Source: Cycas panzhihuaensis
Taxonomy: Eukaryota > Plantae > Cycadophyta
Assembly: GCA_023213395.1 (NCBI GenBank)
Contig: CM041465.1
Span: 67,339,741-67,403,740 of the forward strand
Length of the DNA stretch: 64,000 bases
Direction of reading: 5' to 3'
Shown here: positions 13,601-27,726 of the stretch, piece by piece
Position numbering within the stretch: position 1 is the stretch's first letter
Layout of the letters: each line of letters begins with the position of its first letter
Position numbers and translations under genes: made by a program
The notes under the pieces: model-generated
Seen by the model: the letters and a program-made list of their open reading frames with translations, nothing else
What the model was told of the DNA's origin: nothing
The model's database searches: none

Positions 13601-15592
13601 ATAGGATGTGCAACATTATAGGAGTGGAGACAATCTACTAGATAGGTTGGGAAGGGAAGAGATCCCCCATTCCACCATTGTTGGGTCGTACACCCCAAGG
13701 GGATATACAGTGAGGAGTTTGCATGGTGCATATAGGGGTAACTAGATGGTCCTCCACCATACCCCATGTAGTACGGATGAGGAGGAATAGAAGTATTTAC
13801 TGAAAAGATTAATGTCATGGTCAATTGGGGAATAGAGGTATGTAAAGGAGGAATGGAAGATGTTTGTTAGGAAGCCTAGGGAGTGATTTGAGAAGGGGCC
13901 TAAGATGGTTTAGGCCTTATCCCAAAGAAGGTATTGGTAGAAGATGATGTTGTGGTTATATTTAGAGGAAGTGGGGTTGTGGATTGCATATAAGTGGGAA
14001 TATGGATAAAGTAGAGGTTGTAGAGGCATTGAACAATAAGAGTTTAGCCTAAGAAGGAGTAGCTTCTTACATGGTTGCCTCCAAGTAAGCCCTTAGGGCC
14101 CCCACCATATCCTATAGGAAGTATGAGTCTAATTGGAGCACGAGTATGAGACCCAATTGAGTTCTAGTAGAACTTGTCAGTCTCATGAGATGGATATGTT
14201 AGATTTCTACCTTCATGGGTAGGTTATTCACGTTGGTATGGTCCCACATATTGAGGTTAATCATGGTCATGGGAATCAAAGGCCCATTCAAAGGGAAATA
14301 GACCTATTATTGGTGATTCTTGGTCACTCATAAGAATGGATCTATAGTGGAGCTCTAGATCAACAAGTGGGAGCCCACATAAGTGATAAGAGAATCATCA
14401 CATTCATGGCTTAATCAACATATATAAATAAAGGAAATTATTCATAAGAGATCCTTTCATAAATTAAACAAAACATATTATTATGAAAACTAAATTAAAT
14501 TAAATGGAAAGGGAAGGACTTAGGTATACTAATGAGCTTCCAATTAGAAATTTCCTAGTATGGTCACTAGAAGGATGTGTGGGAGTGGGGATTGCTCAAT
14601 AGCAAACCTAATGGTAAAAACCAAGGGCATGAGGAAGTGTTTGCATGGGGTCAAATATGAACTAATTCTCTACTTGGGATGCTCATACACTACTTAGGCA
14701 TAAGTATGAGGCTTGATTGTGTAATTGTATGGTATGGGAGTAGATTATCTATAGTAACATGTGAATGTATGTATATAGTATAGATCCACAGATAACTCAT
14801 GAACCTATGGTAAGATATAGAGGTACATACATCTAATGTATGTACATGCTTTCCATTTTTAATGTAAATAAGGTTTCTCCCTAACTAATGATGTAATGTA
14901 GCCCCACGAGTTCGAGGACTCATAACTATGTGATTTTCTCCTTCATTTGAGCCTTCAAATAATGTATATAATACTTATCAGGAAGTGTAATACTGTAATG
15001 TTATATGCATGAAAAAGAGATGAGGCTACTTTACTTCTTTTCTTTTTCATTAATTTTGGGGTCTTTTCCTTTTTCTATTTATTTTCTTTTTTTTTCTTGT
15101 CTTTCAAAGGGGTAATCAAATGAAATAACTAAAATAACAACTTTTTTTTTTTTAGAGAATGGAAAGGTAGTCAAACAATAAGAATGTAATTCTTTTTTTC
15201 CTTTTTTATTTCTTTATTATTCCTTACTTTTGATGGAAAAGAGGTGGGGGTAATGCAAAGAAGGCCTAGTAGGTTCTTTCTTATTCCCTTATTGAGGGGG
15301 AAAAGCAAATGGCATACCTAGAATTGTTGCAAAATGTTTCCCAAATGTCATCCTTTCTTGGTGAATTTAAACAAACAAGACTATTGTGAAGTTCAAATAA
15401 AGAAGATTTGCATGTGTAGAACTTCTAAAGGAAATTCAATAGCATTTTTTCTTGTAGGATTAACTTATCATAAAAAAATGTTTATAGAAACAATTTAAAA
15501 TTGAGAAAAATAAAGATAACCAATATGGGTTGAGCTTAACTTTTAAGTGTCCTCACTATGAAGAGTTGATATGATGGGAAACTGTAGGCACC

Positions 15593-16251
15593 AATTGGTG
15601 GAAGGATAACTACTTGATCTTCCAACTTCTACAAACAAGTAGATGCTACACATGTAAGATAGGAATTTGTAATGGGAGGGAGAATGAAGCCTCAGATTTA
15701 GCTTTATATCACCTAAATATAATGAGCTCTCCCAGCTACACTTGAATGTTATCTTTCCCTATAAATCCCTCATAATCCTTTTGTCTCATCCCAATGAAGT
15801 GGAGGTTGCTAATAGCTGTTGATGCTCTACTTAAGGGCACTCTAATGGTGTCAGAAGAGTAGATCTTCAAGTATACAAGTAACATGAGACAATGTAGATC
15901 AAACATGTCTATTTCTCTTGAAAATTCAATAGAATGATGATAATATCTTTACTTCTCAACTTGACCTCCCCTTCCAAGACAAAAGTAAGAGGATTTATAG
16001 ATGATGGTGAGGCTAGGGAAGGTGGTTTTAAGCCCAGAATATAAGAGAAAATAAGGAAATAAATATGTTAGATATACTCATGGATTTAGATAAAAACCAT
16101 AGGGAAAAGAGGATTTTGGATATTATATGGCCTCCTTGACCACCCAAAACTGATGTGTGTTGATTTAGAGCTAATGTTAATCACCGAGGACTAATAAGAA
16201 GTCATTAATGAGTTGACTATTCCTATTGGGACCAAATTTTGGTAGCTAACA
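15593..16251 (-). repeat. Probable 5' LTR of the Gypsy element
   Basis: Minus strand begins TGTTAGCTACCAAAATTTGG at 16251, has an internal CTATAAAT, and is followed by PBS-like TGGTGCCTACAG near 15593-15582. No partner LTR was seen. Confidence 0.45.
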
Positions 16252-17089
16252 TTTATACTATGAAGATATTCATGATACTATAAAATCATTTGTAGTACTA
16301 TAAAATAATTTGTGGCATTGTTGTTATAAATAAAAATTAATACAATCTAATAGAAATAGGATTGTTCAATAAAAAATACCTTTAATCGGGTCAAAATATC
16401 ATCAATGGTGAAGTTTGGGTAGGGATGAAGTCAACAAGAAGTAGCTAATAATGAAACAAGGTATAAAAATAGATCAACATGAGACTAAAAGGACTTTGCA
16501 AAGGAAGATAAGCACATGTTCCAACTTGAGAACCTAATGGGTGGACTCATGACTAATGACCAAATTCATACTCATTATTAGTTAAAACTATACATGGCTA
16601 ACTAAACAAAAAAGACAAGTAAGGAAATATATATACCTACTATCTAAGATCATGATATACAAAATCAATGAAATGTAAAAGACATGAAGCATACCCTCAC
16701 TTACCTATTTTCTGTAATATCCATGTTATTCCCAAGATCTAGGAAGCAATGACAATTTTATTTCTATACAAGTAAGACATGCTTGAAAATGTACTAGTAT
16801 ATCATATTAAAATAAAAAGTGGGATAATAAATGTTATTACTTTTAAATTTTAGCATCTAGACATATTCATGATCTATATGACTAACCTCAATTTTATTGG
16901 GCCTAGGTTAGGTTCAAAAAATATTATCTAATCAGATTTAATTTAGAATGAATAATTTTAAAAAAATCATATTAAATCTATCCATCTTCATTATTAGGTT
17001 TTTTATGTTCCATCCATGCTATGCATACTGACTATTACATAATTATTTTCTCAAGAGTAATTTATAACAATCTTTAATAAATATATAAC

Positions 17090-18560
17090 CACAACATCTC
17101 CTTAATCAATCTCATGGTTTATGCATCTATATTAGGGTGACAACATGCTTTACTTTGCATATATCATTTATGAGCTTCGCCTAGTCATCAACATATAATA
17201 TTTCTCAAGTTGATACATTGTCATGAATGGTATGGATATGGTGATCCATTCTACGGGCACTGTGGTGCTTCATCATCAACCAATTTAATTATTCAATGCA
17301 TATGGCATTATATGAGTGTATGGATTTTATCTCCAATCAAATTCAAGTAACATTCGATATGTTAATATCTAATAACTCATCTTTGTTATCATAGTTATTT
17401 CTGCATGCATCATTTAGCATGGCAAATCCACACTTTACTACTTTCATAGGTTTGACGAGGTTGTGACTTACTATATATCATCACAATCTTCTCCTCAGTA
17501 CTATGAAGGAAAACTTATTAAAATATAGGTAAAATCATGTATTTCTCTCTGAGAATTCACTACATATGACAAATTGTCATGGCTTTCCATAGTCTACAAT
17601 GCATATCTAGTAAATTATTAACATTTACAAAAAAAAAATCAATGGCATCTGAGATCTAAGTTTTTTATCAACTTATTTAATAAGAACCAACCTTTCAAAC
17701 TTTAATATCATTGATCTTAATATTTTATTAATGATAACAAAACAATGAAACCCTTCTTTAAACCATAACTTATTTTTCATAAATATCATACTTATAAACC
17801 CTAATTTATTTCTCTTATTATTTCAAAGGACAAAATAGGAATCTCCATCATCTTTTAAAATGTTTATTTCATAAGGTCTTCCATATTCAATAAATTTTCT
17901 TTACCTCTCAATAGTAAATACTAAAAAAATATCTTTAAATTAAAGAAAATCCACAAACAAACATGGATAATTTTTTTAACATTAAGATATAAGAGATGTC
18001 ACCATTATCTAACATGATGTTAACAGCCATTTATGTCTACTACATTAATTTTCATCATATTTGAATATTGTAGAGGGCTACAAAGGTGAGTTTAAATGAC
18101 AACATTCTTCTTTATTCATCTTGGTTAGTGAGCTCAATAAACCTTGCATTCTCATGAATATGGTAGCTACTTGCATAATAAATGTCCACATAAATTCATA
18201 ATAGACTTGCTATGAAGAAGGAGATTCCATCTTGTATTTTACATAAAACCTTCATTATCTTTCTCTAAAATCTTGGTCACATGTCATTAGTATATTGTGG
18301 TTTTAGATCATTAAATAAACCTACATACTAGCTTTGCCATTAGCTCAATACTAGCTCTTATAATACATTCACAGATCATCCTCAGATGATAGAGGTCATC
18401 ACCAAGTACATGTGGTCTTCCTCTTACCCTATCAACTATTAACTTATGTCTACTTTTGTTGTGCAACTATAATCAACATCTGACTAGGATCTTTACTTAT
18501 ATTTTATACTTCACCTTAGCTCTCATCCTGAGCTCGAATATTATGTTAAAATTTATTATA
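17090..18560 (-). mobile_element. Highly decayed Copia-like internal remnant
   Basis: Only faint minus-strand motifs (VLGDD protease-like ~18400, IMLDNG integrase-like ~18010) and a PPT/TG-like junction near 17095. Confidence 0.3.
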
Positions 18561-21443
18561 GAGGATAATGTATTGAACTATGTAATAAAATTAAATATGT
18601 GTAAAGCATTCATCAATATAAAATTATAATAAATAATAATATAATATAAACATTAATGAAGTATTAATGATAAATATTCCAAGTATAATTAATGGAGTAT
18701 GTTTATATTAATAAGCATAATAATCATCATTTCACCAAAATTGGGCCCTTTCACTTGATCAAACTTATAACTATTATTTAGCATAAGTTATTTGATGTTT
18801 GGATTTGATATGTGCATTTGAATGTGTATTTGTTAATTGGCAGGAATCAATGATTAGTTTTTAATTCATTATTTCAAGGTTTAATTATGATTGAATTTGT
18901 ATTTAGTCATTTATGTTGTTACTTTAGACTATGATATGATGACTAAATCATTAGTTATATACGGTCATAATTATCCACTTGCCAATGACTAATACTATGG
19001 AGCATGTCTTATTTTTCACTTGATATGAAGCCATCGCATTCAAGTAATTTGTTTGTTATTTTGCTTTCTACTTAATGTTACTTTAGCTTATCTTAATTGA
19101 TCTTTCTAGCATGTTTAACCATACTTTTGGCCTAGAGTTTCATTGATTCTAGCTTCCTTAGTTAATGCATGAATTAAATAATCCTTAGTAGATTGATTTT
19201 TCTAAGAAAAATTTTCATTTCTTCAAGTTTTCTCTATCTCCCTTTAGTTGTATTTTTTATTAGCCTAAAAATGTGACCTTCTTAATAAAACATGACAAGG
19301 TCACACATGGTCAATTTTATTAAGAAGCTTGTGCTTCTCAACCTCAACAAAATAGGACCAAGTGCGACTTAATCACATTTTATTCAGAAGATCATGTTTT
19401 TCATTCTCCAAAAAATGCAACCTGCATTTTTCACTATGTTATGTATAAATTTTTTTAATAGAAATATTAATTTTTATATTTTTCTTAGTCCTTGTCACCC
19501 AAATTTATAGGAACTTTAAGCCTTACCTTCTCTAACTACCTCTAAACCTTATGCATTCACAATTCTTGTTGGAAATATATTAGATCACGTCCGAAGATTA
19601 TGGCATGATTTTTTATTTAGACTGATTCAATCATAAGAGGGATGGGACCAGAAAGAGGGCATCCATTAGCAAAAGAGTAGTTTGGTGAGAGTCCTTTTTT
19701 GCTATGTTTTGATAGTTCTTCTGTGTGTATTCTTTCTCAAGTGACCTTTTCCCTTCGAGATTGCCAAGTTTCTATGAGATTTTATATGTTTTTCCAACAT
19801 TATTTGATATTTGATTGGCGATCTATTCCTATGAGACCCTATTAGTTCTGTTATGAGGGATAACATGCTACATTTGTTTTATCTCCTATTTAGTTCTCAA
19901 GCTTACTTTCACCATCACTTCTATCATCCTTATGGTTTTAAGGACTTGATGGTAAATATTAGGTAGAAACATTACATCATTACGAGGTAAATACTATTCA
20001 TTTTAATCATCATTGAGGTAATATTAATTGGATTTACTGCTAGTTGATTTTAGTTAAAAAATGAAATATTCTAGTTCTTATTTTTAGCTTTTATCATTTT
20101 TGAAGTTGAATGATTTGATAGTATGTTTCACTTATTAGAAATTCTTTAGTCCTCTTGTTTATGTGATCTTACAATTCTAATTCTCTCTTTCTTCTAATTT
20201 TTAATAATTTTGGCCCTACAAAGGGTTGGCATATTGATTTCCAGACTCTTAACAGGAGGTGGAATTAGAAATTTAAAAATTTTATTAAGTAAACTAGTTT
20301 TTTTTTTTTTCTTCCTTACATGTAAAGGTCATTTTTATATTATATACTAGTTGGAGATCATTTTGAGTTGTTTATGGAATTGCATATGAAAGATATTAAA
20401 TTTTCATCCATTATTACAACAATTATGTTTTGTTTTCACTATTATTAAGTTGTATTCAACATGAGGAGGTATATCAAAAGAGGGAAATAATTTAATCACA
20501 AAGTCTATCGCTAGGTATGCATCTTTTTTCTTGATTTTAAAATTATTTCAAAAGGTAAAACAAGAAAGAGGAAACAAACTAAATTATTTTTTATTCTCTA
20601 CTTACTTACTTTAGTTGCCTTTTCTTATTGCACTTACATATATAAGAAAAGAAATATCTTCACCTTATGAGATTCAGTTTAGTGGGTCCTAGGTTCGAAC
20701 TTATAATTGAATGATTACTCATCTCTTTGCTCTTTCATATTATGTTAAATATACCTAAAGCAATAGAAAAAGAAATAATGGAGTAGGAAGTAAGATAATC
20801 ATAAATATAACTTAGGTACCTAAATCTCCTTTACCTCTCATGCTCTTTATTATCTTTACTTGTATACATGTTGTATGATATTTTTATATAGATAAAAAAT
20901 GTATCCTTATTGTTACATGTAGGCTTATTTTATTATTACTTAGAACTACTTCATTTTCTTTATGCATACAAATATTTCTTTCAACTTATATTGACACTAT
21001 TTCCTTAGTTTAGAATACACTCACAAGTAGGCAAGAACTCCTTCTTAGGAATTGGTTGAAAAGTCTTGCTCTTTAGACTAGTCGCTTTAGTTACCCTATC
21101 GTGATTAGCCCAAAGTCAAAGAACCATTTTCTAGTAACCAAACTAGAGAAGTTACCAAAGTTTCCTATATACATAGCTTAGGTCTATAACCTTTATTTAA
21201 TAAATTTTAACATTTCCATTCTAAAAGAGATCCCTTTGTGTAGTCAACCCAAGATATCTTTAAGGTAGTAAGGCCTTCCTCCTGAGTATGATTATCAATA
21301 AATATATCCTACTCAAGAGGCCTATCCAACTTATGAGGATTATTCTAAGCACAAACCATATGAATTTTTTTAAAATCATCTTGAGGAACCTAATTACTTA
21401 TATGTCTGGTTATTGATAGCTCTGAGACTATTGAGGATGGAGT

Positions 21444-21881
21444 TGTAGTGACCTAAGATAGTTATAAGAGTTAATAAAATTGTTAATTTTAATTATTTGG
21501 AGTTGGTTTTCATTATTATTACAAATAGGTATTTTATTAGAAGTGGGTTTTATTATTAAGAAGTCAATCTTTTAGAGATAGTCAAATATGACACCTATAA
21601 ATAGAGAATAATCATTCACTTGCAAATCACTTTTGGTAAATTAATTCATTTGGGATTCTTTGACTATTTGGCTCTTAAGAGCCTATTTTCATCTTTCATG
21701 TTAACTTCCTTTATGTTAGGACAAGTAAATCCAATTTAAGATCACTTGAAGAGGTATAAGAGTATCCTATTTGGCATATCAAGGATCTACATTTTTTAGA
21801 GTATAAATGAAAGAATTTTTTAAAAATAATTATGAATTTAAGTCAACCAGGCATGTTCTCTAAATTTAGAGTGGTTACACA
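21444..21881 (+). repeat. Gypsy-type 3' LTR preceded by PPT and a decayed integrase tail; related to the LTRs of element A
   Basis: GAGGATGGAG PPT then TGTAGTGACC...GGTTACACA, with internal CTATAAATAG. Its reverse complement resembles 31290-31411. Confidence 0.6.
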
Positions 21882-22414
21882 AGAAGGTTTAAAGCAAAAT
21901 TATAAATATTATAACGAAATTATTTTTGATATGCTATTCATCTCTAATCTACTACCTAGAAACAATATGCACGATGTATCCTATATTTCTTATTTTGAAC
22001 TAAAATTAGGATAAATCGAGATAGTATGGATAGAATTTTTAATACTGGATAAAGAAGGGAAGTTCATCATAAAACTTAAAGGCATTCTCTAAATTTGGAC
22101 CAAACAACTTCAACCCAAGGAAGTTCAACAACATTTGATTAAACAGAAGATCTTAATAAGGAGGAAGCTATATTGAAACCTAAATAATAGTATTAACAAC
22201 ATCCTCATATCCCCATGCTATTAGGGCAAAGTAAGTTCTCATGAGATGGGACTTGTAGTTTTTTTTTTTTTTATTGACATCTTTTTAAGTTTAATAGACT
22301 TCTTTTCTTTAGATTTTGGTTGACCTCCTACATAAAAGGCCAACTTCTATTTCTTTACCTATATATAGGGCATCTCGCTCCCATTTAGAAATTAAACTTG
22401 AATGGCATTCAATC

Positions 22415-22918
22415 TGCTAGATATGTTGAACACTTTACAAGTGTTACATGGGTATACATATTACACTTGAACCCCTTTGTGGGATCTAGGGCCTCGTTGT
22501 AAGGCCCCCGGCTAGTGGGTCTGGGGGTCTAGCAGCCCCCCAAGTGGGGATTCAGGAGAGGAAGCCCCTAAGAATTTTTTTTTAGTATCTTATAGGGGTC
22601 TTTTGTCGACCCAATGGTTTATGCCCATTGTATTGTAAAACCTCAGGGCAGTATCTTGTAATGTTGTATCTATATATTCTTATGTAGCACATGTAACATA
22701 TGAAGATCAGGTAGTGATCGTGGATGAGTCGAGGAGAAGAGTTGAGATTCATTCATCTTTTTAATTCTTTAGAAGTTGCTCAGATTAATAAAAGGTCTAT
22801 GCTTAGACTTAAATCTCCTGGAGTTCTTTGTTGAGTGTTTGATTTATTTATATTATTTGTTCTTTACATGGTTTAGAGTTCTGTTATCACATTACTTCTC
22901 TGGTTATATTTCTCTTTA
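22415..22918 (+). repeat. Copia-2 5' LTR (~504 bp)
   Basis: TGCTAGATATGTTGAACACTTT...TTCTCTTTA; matches 27018-27383 apart from an extra GC-rich block. Confidence 0.93.
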
Positions 22919-23019
22919 TTTGGTATCAAAGCTAAGGGTTTTAGTTATGTAGGAAGCTATTTGATAAGTGGCAACCTTGTGTGGTGAACTTGAGTGTAAA
23001 GATCACGGTAAGTACTACA

Positions 23020-26000
23020 AAGATGGAAATTGAAAAGTTCAATGGCTAGAACTTCGAGCTGTGGAAGGTAAAGATGGAAGATATCCGTGTCGAGAAGGAT
23101 CAATGGATCGTTGTAGTATGAACAAAGCATGCGACTATGGGTGATCAAGACTAGAAGAAGCTTAATTGAAAGGTAATCACTTCGATAAGGTTATGCCTTT
23201 CAGACATGGTGTTGTTGAATGTTGCCACAGAGTCTACGACCAAAGATCTGTGGAGAAAGTTAGAGGCTTTATATCAGATAAAGTCCCTGGTTAATAAGTT
23301 ATTTCTTCAAAAAAAGTTGTATTCACTTAGGATGAGTGATGGAGATGTAGTTACAAATCATTTTACTGTATATAATACCATGGTGAGCTAACTTATTTCA
23401 GTTTGGATAATAATGTCTGAAGAAGACAAGTGTATTACCCTGTTATGTTCACTTCCTGATTCTTGGGATAATCTTGTGATGACGATTAGCAGCACTGTTG
23501 CTTCCACCCTAAAATTTGATGATGTTGTTGTTGCTCTACTGTCAGAAGAGATAGAAAAAATCTTCTTAGGATTATTCAAAAGAAGCATTAGTAGTGAGAG
23601 GTTGAACATTGGATCACGACCAACAAAGGCCTTGGAATAAACACCCAAAATCTAGAGGAAAATGTAAATTTCCAGGTAGAGGACCTTTGGTATGCTGGAG
23701 ATGTGGGAAGGCTGGCTATATGAAGACCCATTGTCAAGTCAAGGTAGATAAGGGAAATTCACCTGAAGCTACTTCTTCCACAGTAACAAAAGCCTCCAAT
23801 GAAGCTGATGATGATGTTTATTTGGCAACCTCATGTAAGTTGTTAAATGTTGAGTCTTGGTTAATTGACTTTAGTGCTTCACTTCATGTTAGTCCCCATA
23901 GGGACTAGTTTTGTGAATATACAAGGATTAATGGAGGTGAGATATTTCTTAGGGATCATTACCCATATAAAATTGTGAGTCATGGAAGGGTAAAGGTTCG
24001 ATTTAGGGATGGAAGGGTTAAAACTATCCCTAATATGATTCATATTCATGGTTTATCTATGAGTCTGTTGTCTGTCAGTTAATTGGGTAATGCAAGAATG
24101 GAAGTGATCTTCAATAAAGACAATTGCTGAATAGTTCAAGGAGCATTGGTGTTAGCAAGAGGGGTCTGGTTTGGAACATTATACAAACTTGATGCAAGTA
24201 CGGTGTGTGCTAGAAGTTGTAGTCTAACTATTATAGAAAGTAGTAATAATGAAGGTGGGACTCAAATATCACTTGCTGGTAAAACTATGTTGTGGCATCA
24301 ACGATTAGGCCATATTGGAGAGAAAGGCCTCTATGATGTATTCTCCAAAGGTATGGTAGAAGACATCTTTGGAATTAATAGCTCCTTCAATTTTGATTTC
24401 TATGAGTATTATATGTATGGAAAATAGAATCGAGTCAGGTTTCCTTCAAGTTCGAAGAGGGTAAAGGGCATCCTGTAATTAGTGCACAACAATGTTTTCA
24501 GACCTGTTAATGTACCTTCATTGGGTGGATCCAGATACTTTGTCTCATTCATATATGATTTCTCAATAAAGACATGGTTGTACTTTTTTAAGTAGAAATC
24601 TAAAGTCTTCAGTAAATTCAAAGAATTGAAGGCCTTGGTCAAGAATCAAAGTGACAAGTGGATCAAGGTATTAAGGATTGATAATGGAGGTGAGTTTTAT
24701 TCAAAGGAATTTAAGCAGTTCTATAAGCAGTGTGGGGTAGTAAGGCAAAAAATAATTCCCTATACGCCATAGTAAAACAGAGTTATTGAAATGATGAATA
24801 GAACCTTGCTAGAGAGATCGAGGAGTATGCTCAGTTCTTCTAGATTAAAGAAAACGCTCTAGGAAGAGGCTGTGATGACTATAAGTTACCTGATAAACAA
24901 ATCACCGACAACTTCCTTAGTATACAAAACACCTAAAGAAGTGTGGTCTGGTAAGAAACCATCTCTTGGTAATCTTAGAGTTTTTGGTTATAAAACTTTT
25001 GTGCATATTCCTAAATAGCAGATGATTAAACTTGATTTTAAAGCACAAAAGACTATTTTCATTATCTATGGTGATAGTGTTAAAGGATATAAGTTTTATA
25101 ACCTTGAAACACAAAAGGTTGTGTATAGCCGTGATGTTGTCTTTAGAGAGGAGTTCAAGTCTCTAAAGCAATATGAAGAACCAAAGGAGGAATACTCTAA
25201 GAAGGTACAATTTGAAGTAAGGGATGAAGATTCTGCATCAGAATATGAGTCAATTAAAGAGGAAGAACTAGTTGTAGAGGTAACTCAACCTCAAGAACCC
25301 CACATCTTGAGGAGATCAACTCGTGAGAAAAGACAACCTGACATGTATATTCATGTAGACTTTCATCACTCCTCTTATGTTTTATCTGCTATATATGGTG
25401 ATCCAAGTACTATTCGGGAGGCTCTAGGGTCAAAGGAGAGCCAACTTTAGATGAAGGCCATGTAGGAAGAAATGATGGCCTTAGACAAAAATATACGTGG
25501 GATTTGATGGATCTTCTTGATGGAAAAAAACTTGTTAATAATAAATAGATCTTCAAGAAGAAGTTCTAGGCGGATGGTACTATGAAAAAGTACAAGGCTT
25601 ACTTGGTAACAAAGGGCTATTCTCAAGTCAAGGGAATAGATTTTGGTGAGGTATTTTCTCATGTTGCAAAAGTTACTTCAATTAGATTTTTGTTGGTTGT
25701 AGCAGCTACCTATAACCTTGAGGTGGATCAAATGGATATGAAGACTACATTTCTTCATGGTGGCCTCGAGGAAGAAATTTATATATTGCAACCTGAAGGG
25801 TTTGAAGTTGCAGGAAAGGAGGATATGGTGTGCAGATTGAAAAGCTCATTATACAGCTTGAAATAGTCACCAAGGATGTGGTATCAAAAATTTGATTTAC
25901 ATATGTTGGTGGATGGCTTTGTGTACAGCAAAGTAGATCATTGTGTTTATTATAAGCAGGTTGGTGATCATTTTGTTATTCTGGCTTTATATGTTGATGG

Positions 26001-26972
26001 CATACTTTAAGATGGTAAGAATGAAGGAATGAACCAACTTGTGAAAGATCAACTAGCATCTCACTTTGAGATGAAAGACCTTGGTACTACACTTTTTATT
26101 TAGAGCATTGAGATTAAAAGGGATAGGACAAATAGGAAGATTTGGCTTAGCCAAAGATGGTACATTGAAATAATATTGTAATGATTTAGGTTGTAGGATA
26201 GTAAACTAGTTAATATTTCTCTTCTTACTGGTTTAAAGTCATCAACTGAACAATACCTAAAGACTCACTAAGAAGTTAAAGACATGTCCCTTATGCCAGT
26301 GTTGTTGGTAGCTTGATGTATACGATGGTTTGCACTCGACCAGACATTGCTTATATAGTGGGAGTAGTTAGCTGGTATATGTCAAACTCAAGCAGGGAGC
26401 ATTGGGTGGCTATAAAAAGGATTTTCATGTATATGTAAAGGACATCAGACTATGGAATTTGCTATCAAGGAGATTTCATAGAGAATAGAACTGTGAACCT
26501 AAGAGGTTTTATTGATGCTGATTGAACCAGAGATCTTGATAATAGAAAATCTACAAGCGGGTATGTTTTTACCCTTTGTAGTGGCGCAGTTAGCTGAATG
26601 AGTAAAAGAAAGCAAGTTGTAGCACTTTCTAGCACAGAAGCAGACTATATCGTAGCTACTCATGTGTGCAACGAAGCGATTTGGTTATAGAGATTACGCA
26701 TAGATATAAGTTTTAAGCAAGATGCTATGAGGATAGATTGTGATAATCAAAGTGTAATCTACCTAGCAAAGAACCCCATTTTTCATGCTCGGTTGAAGCA
26801 TATTGATGTGCAGTTCCATTTTGTGAGGGAAATGGTTCAAGATCACAAAGTGGATTTGCAAAAGATTGCTACACAAGAGAATGCTATAGACCCATTGACT
26901 AAGATTGTTAGCATAGAAAAATTCAAATGGTGTAGAATTACAACGGATGTTTGTGATTTTGGCATTCAGTAA
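23020..26972 (+). pseudogene. Copia-2 gag-pol polyprotein (fragmented)
   Basis: [102 protein letters not shown]. Confidence 0.95.
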
Positions 26973-27017
26973 TTGTGTATATAGATTTTCTTATAAAGTA
27001 TTCAACAAGTAAGAGAT

Positions 27018-27383
27018 TGTTAGATATGTTGAACACTTTGCAAGTATTACATGGGTATAGGTGTTACACCCGAACCCGTTTATAGGGTTTATGCTCATTA
27101 ACCATAAGCCAATATCTTGTAATGTTGTATTTATATATTCTTATGTAACGACACATATAACATATAAAAATCAGGTAGTGATCGTAGATGAGTCAAGGAG
27201 AATAATTGAGGTTCATTCATCTCTGTAATTCTTTGGTTGTTGCTCAGATTAATAAAAGGTTTATGCTTAGACCTGAATCTCCTGGTGTTCTTTGTTGAGT
27301 GTTTGATTTGTTTATATTATTTGTTCTTTGCATGGTTTAGAGTTCTGTTATCATATTACTTCTCTGGTTATATTTTCTCTTCA
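27018..27383 (+). repeat. Copia-2 3' LTR (~366 bp, internally deleted)
   Basis: TGTTAGATATGTTGAACACTTT...TTCTCTTCA followed by TSD CAATC. Confidence 0.93.
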
Positions 27384-27664
27384 CAATCTATTATTTTTTG
27401 GCCCTAGTTGAAATCTACTTTGGGAGGACACATAGCTTGGAAAATGCAATGTTCTAGACTATTTTATATTTGTAAGATTTTGACTCATTTATGAAAAATA
27501 TTAGGCAAATCTTATTATTTTTGTGATCAATGTTTTTAGTGAATGTTTGAGATCTATTATTTTATTTGTCATAATATTTTATGTAATATTTGAATATGTT
27601 GTACAAAATAATTTAGAATTTGTCTATTTCTATTAATTAGTTGTGAATCGCTATTAAAATTTTC

Positions 27665-27726
27665 ACAATTTATGTAAGATATTTATAACAATCAAACAAT
27701 TTATGTAAGATATTTATGACAATCAA
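27665..27726. repeat. 31-bp tandem duplication
   Basis: ACAATTTATGTAAGATATTTATRACAATCAA x2. Confidence 0.9.

Larger units (their letters stand above)
2880..16251 (-). mobile_element. Degenerate Ty3/Gypsy non-chromovirus (Tat/Athila-type) LTR retrotransposon, interrupted by a Copia insertion at 4945-10046
   Basis: Minus-strand remnants occur in gag-PR-RT-RH-IN order: gag ~13260-12860 (LISLKQG), PR ~12200-11950 (IDVVILDISVDYN), RT 10457-10047 (DYPKWVSNIVLVAKK..YVDFRE..KDNFPLLFIDQIID) resuming at 4944 (FMDDLMG), RH (VEISYSLVEK), IN (FYWPTIFKD, SQWGLDLIG, SSPYYPKANA). Boundaries are approximate and no matching second LTR was found. Confidence 0.85.
22415..27383 (+). mobile_element. Full-length degenerate Ty1/Copia retrotransposon (Tnt1/Tork-like), Copia-2
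   Basis: Paired LTRs, TSD CAATC (22410-22414 / 27384-27388), PBS TGGTATCAAAGC at 22921-22932, PPT AAGTAAGAGA. Confidence 0.96.

Noticed and set aside
18560-21000. Defined element or gene
   Set aside because: Looks like decayed LTR/leader DNA, but no paired termini, TSD or diagnostic peptide could be supported.
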